From Gemmatimonadales bacterium (GTDB lineage: Bacteria; Gemmatimonadota; Gemmatimonadetes; Gemmatimonadales; GWC2-71-9), in NCBI GenBank assembly GCA_036395695.1, contig DASWDA010000075.1:13441-77440 (forward strand): a DNA stretch of 64,000 nt, written 5' to 3'. Position 1 is the stretch's first letter. Each line of letters starts with the position of its first letter. Both the position numbers and the translations under genes were made by a program. Positions 51,723 to 59,950 of this stretch are shown in pieces. Below the pieces are notes generated by a model. The model saw nothing but the letters and a program-made list of their open reading frames with translations. It did no database searches and was not told the origin of the DNA.

Positions 51723-53219
51723 CTACTCCGTGTCGATCTGCGCCCGCTGCAAGTGCCCCGAGAAATCGACGTAGATGGTCTTGGTCTCGGAGTAGAAGTC
51801 GTACACCTCCCACCCGCCCTCACGATGCCCGTTGCCGGTTTGCTTCACCCCCCCAAAGGGGAGATGGGCTTCGGCCCCGATCGTCGGCGCGTTCACATAG
51901 GTGATGCCCGTATCCAGATCGGTCATCGCCTGGAACGCGCCGTTGATGTCCCGCGTGTAGAGGGAGCTCGACAGTCCGTACTTCACGCCATTGTTGATCC
52001 GGATCGCGTCGGGCAGGTCCTTCGCCTTGATAACGGCCAGGACCGGTCCGAAGATCTCTTCCTGCTCGACCCGCATCCCCGGCTTCACGCCGGCGAGCAC
52101 GGTGGGCTCGTAGAACCAGCCGCACTCGAGACGCGTGTCGCCCTGGGGAATCCGGCCACCCAGTGCGACGCTGGCGCCTTCTTTCTTGGCGATATCGACG
52201 TACTCGGCGACCTTCTGGCGGGCCTCTTCGTGAATCAGCGGGCCGACCTCGGTTTTCGCGTCGAGCCCCGGCCCCAGCCGCAGCTTGGCGGCGCGATCAC
52301 TGACCATCTGCACGAACTTGTCGTGGATCTTCTCGTGCAGGATCAGCCGGCTCGTCGCGGTGCAGCGCTGCCCGGTGGTGCCGAACGCCCCCCACAGCAC
52401 GCCGTCGAGCGCAAGATCCAGATCGGCATCATCCATCACGATCATCGCGTTCTTCCCGCCCATTTCGAGCGAGAGACGCTTGTGCATCTTGCCGCAGGTC
52501 GCGCCAATGGCTGAGCCCGTCTCCGTCGATCCCGTAAACGAGATCACCGGGACGTCGGGGTGTTCGACGAGCGCGCGGCCGACGACCGAGCCTTGCCCGT
52601 GCACCAGCTGCACCACCTCGGGCGGCAATCCCGCTTCGAGCAGCACCTCGACCAGCAGATGCGCCGTGTGCGGCACATCTTCGGCGGGTTTGAAGATCAC
52701 GGCGTTTCCGCACAGCAGCGCCGGAAACATTTTCCAGGTGGGAATCGCGAGCGGGAAGTTGAACGGCGTGATCAGCCCCGCGATCCCGATCGGCCGGCGA
52801 TAGCTCATCGCCCACTTGTTGCGCAGCTCCGACGGCACGACTCGGCCGAACAGGCGCCGGCCCTCGGTGGCGGCGTAGAATGCCGTGTCGATCCCCTCCT
52901 GCACGTCGCCGCCCGTCTCCGCGACGACCTTCCCCATCTCGCGCGTCATCGCGCGCGCGATGTCGTCCTTGCGCTCGACTAAGAGCTGTCCGACCCGCTG
53001 CAGCACCTGCCCGCGTATCGGCGCCGGTGTTTTGGACCACTGCGCGAAGCCGCGCTTGGCGGACGCCACGGCGCGCTTCAAGTCGTCCGCGCCTGAACGC
53101 GGGAAGCGGCCGATGACGTCGTTCCAGTCCGCGGGGTTGCGGTTCTCGAAATACTCGCCTGTCGACGGAACGACCCAATCGCCGGCAATGAAATTCTTGA
53201 ATTCAGGAGGCTGAGCCAT
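51723..53219 (-). CDS. NAD(P)-dependent aldehyde dehydrogenase family protein
   Basis: FKNFIAGDW...FNFPLAIPTWKMFPALLCGNAVIFKPAE...LEMGGKNA...GQRCTA (catalytic Cys)...EEIFGPV. The start is ATG 53219; TTG 53240 is the alternative. Confidence 0.9.
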   Translation of the reverse strand: MAQPPEFKNFIAGDWVVPSTGEYFENRNPADWNDVIGRFPRSGADDLKRAVASAKRGFAQWSKTPAPIRGQVLQRVGQLLVERKDDIARAMTREMGKVVAETGGDVQEGIDTAFYAATEGRRLFGRVVPSELRNKWAMSYRRPIGIAGLITPFNFPLAIPTWKMFPALLCGNAVIFKPAEDVPHTAHLLVEVLLEAGLPPEVVQLVHGQGSVVGRALVEHPDVPVISFTGSTETGSAIGATCGKMHKRLSLEMGGKNAMIVMDDADLDLALDGVLWGAFGTTGQRCTATSRLILHEKIHDKFVQMVSDRAAKLRLGPGLDAKTEVGPLIHEEARQKVAEYVDIAKKEGASVALGGRIPQGDTRLECGWFYEPTVLAGVKPGMRVEQEEIFGPVLAVIKAKDLPDAIRINNGVKYGLSSSLYTRDINGAFQAMTDLDTGITYVNAPTIGAEAHLPFGGVKQTGNGHREGGWEVYDFYSETKTIYVDFSGHLQRAQIDTE

Positions 53220-53224
53220 GGCTT

Positions 53225-53713
53225 TCACGGTTCGGGACAAAAGAAAGGAACGGGAGTCTTACCGTACACACGCGGCAGCAGTTGACGGCCGGCCAGGGCG
53301 AGACCCCAAACGATCAGGATGATCGACAGCGTATGCGCGACGCCCAGCCGGCGTTTCCAGGAGGTCAGGGCGCTCCAGACTCCGGCGACCGTCACGGTCG
53401 CCGCGCCAATAAGATAGAAGACGAGTTTGAGCCCGCAGGCGTGCGTGTACGGCCAGACGAGCATACCGACGCCCAGACCGACCGCGAGCCCGACACGGAG
53501 CCAGGTGGTGAGCCACGCGCGTCCCCGTGCTGGACCAGCCGGCTGCACCGCGCTCGCGCCAGCGACACCGCCCAGCCCGGGACGCGGCGAGACCGGTACC
53601 GTCGGCACGCCACGGCCCAGCGCGGGGTCCGCTTCCGGCAGTTTCGCGAGCAGCTTGTCCACCTCGCGCATCTCGCGATCCCAGTCGCGCTCTTTCGGAT
53701 CCTTCTCTTTCAC
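53225..53713 (-). CDS. Hypothetical membrane protein (charged N-terminus, about 3-4 TM helices)
   Basis: Third codon positions are strongly G/C. A GTGA overlap joins it to the upstream sigma-54 activator. The hydrophobic segments are [34 protein letters not shown] and [14 protein letters not shown]. Confidence 0.55.
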   Translation of the reverse strand: MKEKDPKERDWDREMREVDKLLAKLPEADPALGRGVPTVPVSPRPGLGGVAGASAVQPAGPARGRAWLTTWLRVGLAVGLGVGMLVWPYTHACGLKLVFYLIGAATVTVAGVWSALTSWKRRLGVAHTLSIILIVWGLALAGRQLLPRVYGKTPVPFFCPEP

Positions 53714-55110
53714 GGAGCTCCCTCTCCACCGCGGGCCAATCCGTAACGCTCGATCTTTTTGTAGAGATTGCTGCGCGGCATCTGCAATGTGCGCGCGGTC
53801 TCCGAGACGTTCCAGTCGTGCTCCCGCAGCTTACGGAGCAGAAACGCGCGCTCCGCCGATTGCTTGAACTCTTCAAACGTTGCGGCGCGGAGCCAGGCGG
53901 CATCGCCTCCAGTGGCTGCAGCTGCTGCGCTCTTGCCGCGTCCTGCGTCCGCCCCAGCCCCTCCCCTCCCCACAAGCCGCTCAACGTCGCTTGCGGTCAC
54001 GGTGGGGCCGCTCGCGAGAATGAGCAGCCGCTCGACGGCATTCTTCAACTCCCGAATGTTTCCCTGCCAGTCGTGCGCGGTCAGCCGCTCGACCGCGGCC
54101 GTGTCGAACTCCTTCGCCGGCAATCCCCCGCCCTTGGTCAACTCCGCGCAGAAATGGGTGACAAGCTGCGGGACATCGGTGCGGCGTTCGCGCAAGGATG
54201 GCACGTGAATCGGCACCACATTGAGCCGGTAGAGCAAGTCTTCCCGGAAGTGCCCCTCTGCGATTTCCGCGCTCAGATCCTTGTTGGTGGCAGCGATGAC
54301 GCGCACATCCACCGGCAGCGCCTTCCCCGAGCCCACGCGCGAGATCACGCCTTCCTGCAGTGCGCGCAGCACCTTGGCCTGCGCCGACAGGCTCATGTCG
54401 CCGATTTCGTCCAGAAACAGCGTGCCGCCGTCGGCGAGCTCGAACTTCCCGGCGCGATCGGCGAACGCGCCCGTAAAGCTGCCCTTCATATGGCCAAACA
54501 GCTCGCTTTCGATGAGCTCGGTCGGGATCGCGGCGCAGTTGACTTCGATGAAGGGACCGGCGGCACGGGGGCTCAAGGCGTGAATGGCCCGCGCCACGAG
54601 CTCCTTGCCGGTGCCGTTCTCGCCGGTGATCAGCACGCGCGCCGGCGTAGGCGCGACCTTCTCGATCAGTCCAATCACCTGGCGCACGGCCTTGCTCGAC
54701 CCCACGATCTCGTACTGGGCGCGGACTTCCTGCTTCAACCGGACGTTTTCGGTGACGAGCACGACATGCTGCAGCGCGTTCCGGAGCGTCAGCAGGATGC
54801 GATCGGTGTCGAGGGGCTTCTCGAGGAAATCGTAGGCGCCGAGCTGGGTCGCTTCGACCGCGGTCTGAATGGTGCCGTGGCCGGAAATCATCACCACCTG
54901 CGCCTGGGCATCGAGCGCGCGGATGCGCTTGAGTGTGTCCAGACCGTCCATCCCTTCCATCTTTACGTCCAGGAACACGAGGTGCGGCTTGAAGTCGGGA
55001 TAGGCGCGGATTGCCTCGTGCCCCGACGCGCAGACCTGCACCTCGATTTCTTCGTATTCCAGAACCTGCTTCAGCGCTTCGCGAATCCCCTTTTCATCAT
55101 CGACGATCAT
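53710..55110 (-). CDS. Sigma-54-dependent response regulator (REC, AAA+ and Fis-type HTH; NtrC family)
   Basis: [13 protein letters not shown]...[13 protein letters not shown] is the REC domain. [17 protein letters not shown] is Walker A. GSFTGA is a GAFTGA variant. [10 protein letters not shown] is present. The C-terminal HTH is [22 protein letters not shown]. Confidence 0.9.
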   Translation of the reverse strand: MIVDDEKGIREALKQVLEYEEIEVQVCASGHEAIRAYPDFKPHLVFLDVKMEGMDGLDTLKRIRALDAQAQVVMISGHGTIQTAVEATQLGAYDFLEKPLDTDRILLTLRNALQHVVLVTENVRLKQEVRAQYEIVGSSKAVRQVIGLIEKVAPTPARVLITGENGTGKELVARAIHALSPRAAGPFIEVNCAAIPTELIESELFGHMKGSFTGAFADRAGKFELADGGTLFLDEIGDMSLSAQAKVLRALQEGVISRVGSGKALPVDVRVIAATNKDLSAEIAEGHFREDLLYRLNVVPIHVPSLRERRTDVPQLVTHFCAELTKGGGLPAKEFDTAAVERLTAHDWQGNIRELKNAVERLLILASGPTVTASDVERLVGRGGAGADAGRGKSAAAAATGGDAAWLRAATFEEFKQSAERAFLLRKLREHDWNVSETARTLQMPRSNLYKKIERYGLARGGEGAP

Positions 55111-55124
55111 GGCGCGGCGCGGGC

Positions 55125-55790
55125 TCACGAGCCGCTCCGCCGCCGCTTGTAGAGCACGACGCCGGTGGGGTGCACCTTCACCGCGGTCACCGCGGGATCC
55201 ACCTTCACGGGCACCGCGCCGTTGCTCGAGGCACCCGCCATCTGTTTCGTGATCTGAGTGACAAAGGGCCCGGGAATCTCGATGCCTCGCAGGCTGATCG
55301 CGGTGATCGCGTACAGCGCCGTGCCCGGCTTCCCAATTGAGACCGTGCCGGCCATCCGCAGCGGCTCGTGCGTCCCGAACATGCCGGCGAACGGTCCCAG
55401 TGTACCGGGCGGCAGCGCGCGGGTGTCGAGCCGGGCGTGGAGCACGAGCGTGTCTTCTTGCAGCTCGACGCGCAGCGAGTCGTACATCTTGCGCACGTTC
55501 CAGTCGATGCCCCCACCGATCAGCGACGCCATCTCGTTCGGCGTGAGGACCACGGAGTCGGGCCCGGCAGAGGTCCGCAGATTGCCGACTTTGGCTTTCC
55601 CCGAGGCCACAGCCTTGGGTGTGGGGGCGCCGACCGCCGTGTCGGCGACCGGCGGCAGGGCCGTCGAGCGGCCGAACCAGCGCGCGCCGGTTTGCATGAT
55701 CGGCTCGCGAAACCACCACACAAGCGCGAGCGCGCCGATCACGAGGATCGCGCACCCGAGCTTGAAGACACCCTTAAGACAGCCGTCCAT
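55125..55790 (-). CDS. Hypothetical N-terminally membrane-anchored protein
   Basis: Third-position bias is coding-like throughout. The TM helix is [20 protein letters not shown] recognise no domain. The start is ATG 55790 or ATG 55817. Confidence 0.55.
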   Translation of the reverse strand: MDGCLKGVFKLGCAILVIGALALVWWFREPIMQTGARWFGRSTALPPVADTAVGAPTPKAVASGKAKVGNLRTSAGPDSVVLTPNEMASLIGGGIDWNVRKMYDSLRVELQEDTLVLHARLDTRALPPGTLGPFAGMFGTHEPLRMAGTVSIGKPGTALYAITAISLRGIEIPGPFVTQITKQMAGASSNGAVPVKVDPAVTAVKVHPTGVVLYKRRRSGS

Positions 55791-56454
55791 GCGATCTGAC
55801 CTGATACACCGGGCCATGGGGTTGGAGCGTACTCTGCATCAGGTCGACCTCCGTCACGGTGACCGTTGCATCGAAAGCGGTGCCGGTGAGTATCTCTTCG
55901 AGTCCTTTGAAGTCGCGCGATCGCGCATCGCGCGTGGCGCGCCCCAGTGTCACATGCGGCCGAAACGCCCGCGCTTCCGTGAGAAAGCCAAGCGGCGCGA
56001 ACGCCTGCTCGACGCCATGCTGCAGCAGCTCAAGGCCGGGATCGGGCGTCACGCCCGCCCACAGCACATGCGGGCGGTGGTAGTCGGGAAAGACGCCGAA
56101 GCCGCCGATCTGCAGCGTCAGCGGGCGCGGCTCAGGGCGCGAACCGGCGGCACGCTGCAGCGCCGCGACGAGGTCCGGCTCCCGTGTTTCCTCTACGTCG
56201 CCCAAAAACTTGAGACTCAAATGAATGTTCTCGGGACGCACCCACTTCACCGGAAGCTTTTCGCGTCGCTCGCGCAGGGGCGCGAGCGCGTCCCAGAGCT
56301 CCTGGCGCACGGCCGCAGGAAAGTTCAGGGCGACGAACGCTCTAACAGGCTCCCCCGGCGGTAGCCCTTCGGGTCGATCTCGACCTGCGCAAATCCCAAT
56401 GTCGTCAGATGCGCCGTGATGGCTGCCTGTCGCGCCTCGATCCACGAAACCCAT
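55774..56454 (-). CDS. thpR: RNA 2',3'-cyclic phosphodiesterase ThpR (2H/LigT family)
   Basis: There are two H-x-T/S-x motifs: IHLSLKFLG and PHVTLGRA. RAFVALNF is a typical N-terminal strand. The only canonical starts (ATG 56454, GTG 56445) create an overlap of about 130 nt with the upstream gene. Confidence 0.75.
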   Translation of the reverse strand: MGFVDRGATGSHHGASDDIGICAGRDRPEGLPPGEPVRAFVALNFPAAVRQELWDALAPLRERREKLPVKWVRPENIHLSLKFLGDVEETREPDLVAALQRAAGSRPEPRPLTLQIGGFGVFPDYHRPHVLWAGVTPDPGLELLQHGVEQAFAPLGFLTEARAFRPHVTLGRATRDARSRDFKGLEEILTGTAFDATVTVTEVDLMQSTLQPHGPVYQVRSHGRLS

Positions 56455-57116
56455 TGCGGCTCGACCTCGAGGCGCGCGCGGTCACCGAGGTGGCGGACTC
56501 GCAGATCGCCGGTCACGCCCAGCTCCCGCAAATACGCTTCTCCCGCCTCGACCTGTTTCAAGCGCGACGGCGTGATCGTGAGCCCGTACTGCACGCGGCT
56601 CGAGAGACACGGTGCCGCCGGCGCGTCCCAGGTCGGCAAACCCAGCTCCCGCGACCGAGCGCGGATCTGCGCCTTGGTGAGTCCCGCCTCGGCGAGGGGC
56701 GAGCGCACGCCCGCAGCAACGCCCGCCGCCTTCCCCGGCCGATGTTCGTGCAGATCGTCGGCGTTCGTGCCGTCGCAGACGACCGCAAGTCCGCGCTCGG
56801 CGGCGAGCGGCACGAGCCGGTGCCACAGCTCGGTCTTGCAGTAGAAGCAGCGGTTTGAGGGGTTCGCGAGATAGCTCGCGTCGTCGAGCTCGTGGGTCGC
56901 GATTTCCGTGAGCGGGATATCGAACTGTATCGCGACCTGACGGGCGACCTGCCACTGTGCGTCGGGATAGGAGGCGCTGCGACCGATCACCGCCAACATG
57001 CGGTCCCCGCCGAGCTCCTGCCGCATGATCACCGCGAGAAACGCCGAATCCACGCCGCCCGAATACCCAAGCAGGGCCGAAGGAAACTCGCGAACGAGGG
57101 CGCGGAGAGCCTGCAT
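56325..57116 (-). CDS. PP-loop ATP pyrophosphatase, LarE-like (TIGR00268-type)
   Basis: LLGYSGGVDSAFLA is the PP-loop (SGGxDS). CFYCKTELW and ...APCLSSRV are present, the latter being the Cys-containing loop seen in LarE-type proteins. Confidence 0.75.
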   Translation of the reverse strand: MQALRALVREFPSALLGYSGGVDSAFLAVIMRQELGGDRMLAVIGRSASYPDAQWQVARQVAIQFDIPLTEIATHELDDASYLANPSNRCFYCKTELWHRLVPLAAERGLAVVCDGTNADDLHEHRPGKAAGVAAGVRSPLAEAGLTKAQIRARSRELGLPTWDAPAAPCLSSRVQYGLTITPSRLKQVEAGEAYLRELGVTGDLRVRHLGDRARLEVEPQWVSWIEARQAAITAHLTTLGFAQVEIDPKGYRRGSLLERSSP

Positions 57117-57243
57117 CGCTGGAATAGTACGCCCGCCCTTGTCCTAATCAAAGGACAGTTTGAAAGTAAGAAACGGATATTCCGTAGGAGAGAAACCTAG
57201 TAGACTTACGAAGCGTTCACAAACAAACTCGAGAGCCTCCCAA

Positions 57244-57723
57244 ATGACCGCGAAAACTGAGCTCGACGCCATCGACCGACGGATTCTTCGCATTCTCGCC
57301 CAAGACGGGCGGGCCAGCTATCAGGCCGTCGCCGATGAAATCGGCCTCTCCCGGCCGGCGATCATGGAGCGCGTGAAGCGGCTCGAAGAGTCAGGCTACA
57401 TCCAAGGCTATCGCGTCCAGCTCGATCGCGCCAAGGTCGGGCTGCCCGTGACGGCGTTCGTGACGGTGCGCTATGGCTCGAGCGACTACGTCGGTGATGA
57501 GCCACGCATGCGTGAGATGGAAAAACATCCCGGCGTGCTCGAGTGCCATCATATCGCCGGCGACGACTGCTACATCCTGAAGGTCGTCGCCCACGATCTC
57601 GAAGGGGTGCAGGCAATCTTGCGCGATTTACGCGGCCCGAATTCCCAGATGAACACGCGCACCACGATCGTGCTCTCCACGTTGTTCGAGAAACCTGGCT
57701 TCATTCCGGCGGAGCCCGACTGA
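57244..57723 (+). CDS. Lrp/AsnC family transcriptional regulator
   Basis: LDAIDRRILRILAQDGRASYQAVADEIGLSRPAIMERVKRLEESGYIQGY, followed by a RAM domain. Confidence 0.85.
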   Translation: MTAKTELDAIDRRILRILAQDGRASYQAVADEIGLSRPAIMERVKRLEESGYIQGYRVQLDRAKVGLPVTAFVTVRYGSSDYVGDEPRMREMEKHPGVLECHHIAGDDCYILKVVAHDLEGVQAILRDLRGPNSQMNTRTTIVLSTLFEKPGFIPAEPD

Positions 57724-58709
57724 TGGGAGCAGCGCTCAAGGGCAAGGCGCTCATCGCCTATCTGGTCGTCTGCGTCTTCTGGGGCTCGACCTATCTCGCC
57801 ATCAAGGTCGGGGTTACGGAGCTGCCGCCGTTCTTGTTCGCCGGCTTGCGGTTTCTTGTGGCCGGTCTGGTCCTGCTGGCACTCGCCCGCGCCCTCGGTG
57901 ATCCGTTACCTCGGCGCAGTGATTGGCGCACGCTGGCGATCGTCGGCCTGCTGCTGCTCGCCGGCGGCAACGCGTTCGTCGTCTGGTCGGAACAGTACAT
58001 CGGGTCCGGCATCGCGAGCATCTTCGTCGTCACCGTCGCGATGTGGACGGCCTTGTTCGATGCCGTCATCCCCGGCGGTTCGAGCGAGCTGAACTGGCGC
58101 ATCATCGCCGGGCTCCTGCTCGGCTTCGCCGGCACGCTCCTCCTGGTCGGCGCCTCGCCGGCCGAGATCCTTGCGGCCGATAAGCGCGGCCCGATCGCCT
58201 TGTCGCTGGCGAGCGCGTCGTGGGCACTGGGCAGCGTGTACGCCAAGCGCCATCCCACACAGGCCAGTCCGTACATGGGGGCGGCATTCCAGATGATCGT
58301 CGGCGGCAGCGCGGTCGCGCTCGTGGGAACGCTGCTCGGCGAATGGCCGGCATGGCACCTGAGCTCACGGGGCATCGGCGCGATCGCCTATCTGGTCGTA
58401 TTTGGATCGGTGCTCGGCTACAGCGCGTACTCCTATGCATTGCGGCACGCGTCGGCGACGATTGTCGGCACGTATGCCTACGTCAACCCGGTGATCGCCG
58501 TGCTGCTCGGGTGGCTGCTGCTGCATGAACCGGTGGGGGCGCGCACATTTGTCGCGATGGGGATGATACTCGGAGCGGTGATCTGGATTCAGTTCTCGTA
58601 TAAGCTGCGCCGGGCTGATGGGCGGATGGGCGGACCGGCGGAGACACCACAGCCCATCAGCCCATCCGCCCGACCGCCCGTCGGTCCGGAGCCCGAGGCG
58701 ACGACATGA
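57723..58709 (+). CDS. EamA/DMT family transporter
   Basis: It has ten predicted TM helices and VCVFWGSTYLAIKVGV. A TGATG overlap joins it to the lrp-like gene. Confidence 0.85.
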   Translation: MGAALKGKALIAYLVVCVFWGSTYLAIKVGVTELPPFLFAGLRFLVAGLVLLALARALGDPLPRRSDWRTLAIVGLLLLAGGNAFVVWSEQYIGSGIASIFVVTVAMWTALFDAVIPGGSSELNWRIIAGLLLGFAGTLLLVGASPAEILAADKRGPIALSLASASWALGSVYAKRHPTQASPYMGAAFQMIVGGSAVALVGTLLGEWPAWHLSSRGIGAIAYLVVFGSVLGYSAYSYALRHASATIVGTYAYVNPVIAVLLGWLLLHEPVGARTFVAMGMILGAVIWIQFSYKLRRADGRMGGPAETPQPISPSARPPVGPEPEATT

Positions 58710-59275
58710 GTCCGAAGCTCCCTCAGGATGCGGTGCTCTTGGTCGTCGACGTCCAGAAGGGCATGGATGTCTACGCCGAGCGCTACAATCGGAACAATCC
58801 CGATCTCGAAAAGAACATCGCGCGATTGCAGGCCGCCTGGCGCAAGACGGGACGTCCGATCATTCACGTCCAGCATCTCTCCACCGAGCCCAAGTCCCCG
58901 CTCCGGCCGGGGCAGCCCGGCGTGGAAATCAAGGACGAGGTGCGGCCCCTGGCGGGTGAGCCCGTCGTGCAGAAATCGGTCAGCAGCGCATTCATTGGCA
59001 CGACGCTCGAAAATGATCTACGCCGCCGGGGCCTCACGACGCTGGTGGTCGTCGGCATGCAGACGAACATGTGCGTCTCGACGACGGCGCGGATGGCGGG
59101 CAACCTCGGCTTTACCACGTACGTCGTGTCCGACGCAACCGCGACATTCGACAACATCGGGCCGAACGGCACACGCTACTCCTCGGAGCTGGTGCATGAC
59201 ATCGCCCTCGCGGATCTGAACGGCGAGTTCTCCGCCGTCGTCGATACCGACACGCTCCTGGAGCGCGCGTCATGA
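58706..59275 (+). CDS. Isochorismatase-family cysteine hydrolase
   Basis: AVLLVVDVQKG...TLVVVGMQTNMCVSTTAR (catalytic Cys context). Confidence 0.8.
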   Translation: MSPKLPQDAVLLVVDVQKGMDVYAERYNRNNPDLEKNIARLQAAWRKTGRPIIHVQHLSTEPKSPLRPGQPGVEIKDEVRPLAGEPVVQKSVSSAFIGTTLENDLRRRGLTTLVVVGMQTNMCVSTTARMAGNLGFTTYVVSDATATFDNIGPNGTRYSSELVHDIALADLNGEFSAVVDTDTLLERAS

Positions 59276-59643
59276 GCCCCCCCGTCCGCAAGGTCAATCT
59301 CACCGAAATGTTCGGCCGGTTTCAGGATCAGTGGAGTCCCAAGATCGTCGGCGCCGTGAACGACAACCTCGTGAAGCTCACAAAGCTCAAGGGCGAGTTC
59401 GTGTGGCACCATCACGAGCACGAGGACGAGCTGTTTCTGGTCGTGAAGGGCCGTCTGCGGATGAAGCTGAGAGACTCCGACCTCGTGATCGAGCCGGGCG
59501 AGTTCGTCATTATCCCGCACGGCGTTGAGCATCTGCCGGTCGCCGAGGAAGAGACCCACGTCCTCTTGTTCGAACCGAATTCCACCCTGAACACGGGAAA
59601 CGTCCGCAATGAACGCACCGTCGCCGAGCTCGATCGGCTCTAG
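59272..59643 (+). CDS. Cupin domain protein
   Basis: GEFVWHHHEHEDELFLVVKG...GEFVIIPHGVEH carries the two cupin motifs. Confidence 0.75.
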   Translation: MSPPVRKVNLTEMFGRFQDQWSPKIVGAVNDNLVKLTKLKGEFVWHHHEHEDELFLVVKGRLRMKLRDSDLVIEPGEFVIIPHGVEHLPVAEEETHVLLFEPNSTLNTGNVRNERTVAELDRL

Positions 59644-59644
59644 G

Positions 59645-59950
59645 TTGATCGCCCGCATCTGGCATGGCGTGACCGATGCCGCGCGGGCCGATGAGTACGC
59701 CGACTATCTCGAGCGCACCGGGGCCAAGGAGTGCCGAGCGACGCCCGGCAATCGTGGCGTCTACGTATTGCGGCGCATCAAGCAAGATCGCGCCGAGTTC
59801 ACGTTCATTTCGTTGTGGGAATCAATCGATGCAATCCGGCGGTTCGCCGGAGAGGACTATGAGAAAGCCCACTACTACCCGGAAGACCGCGACTTCCTCG
59901 TCGAGCTCGAACCCTTCGTCGACCATTACGACGTCATCGCCGGAGATTAG
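59645..59950 (+). CDS. ABM/Dabb-like (ferredoxin-like alpha+beta barrel) small protein
   Basis: Translation from TTG 59645 gives (M)IARIWHGVTDAARADEYADYL...FTFISLWESIDAIRRFAGEDYEKAHYYPEDRDFL. Family assignment is from memory only. Confidence 0.5.
   Translation: MIARIWHGVTDAARADEYADYLERTGAKECRATPGNRGVYVLRRIKQDRAEFTFISLWESIDAIRRFAGEDYEKAHYYPEDRDFLVELEPFVDHYDVIAGD

Noticed and set aside
57140-57157. TGTCCT-N6-AGGACA palindrome in the AT-rich larE/lrp divergent region
   Set aside because: The 6-bp arms are too short to separate from chance. It may still be an Lrp-type operator, but the sequence alone cannot support that.
59676-59945. The 90-aa N-terminal extension of the decarboxylase ORF starting at ATG 59676
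   Set aside because: The S/T/P/R-rich sequence completely overlaps the better-supported ABM-like gene in another frame. It has no counterpart in DDC-family proteins as far as I recall.
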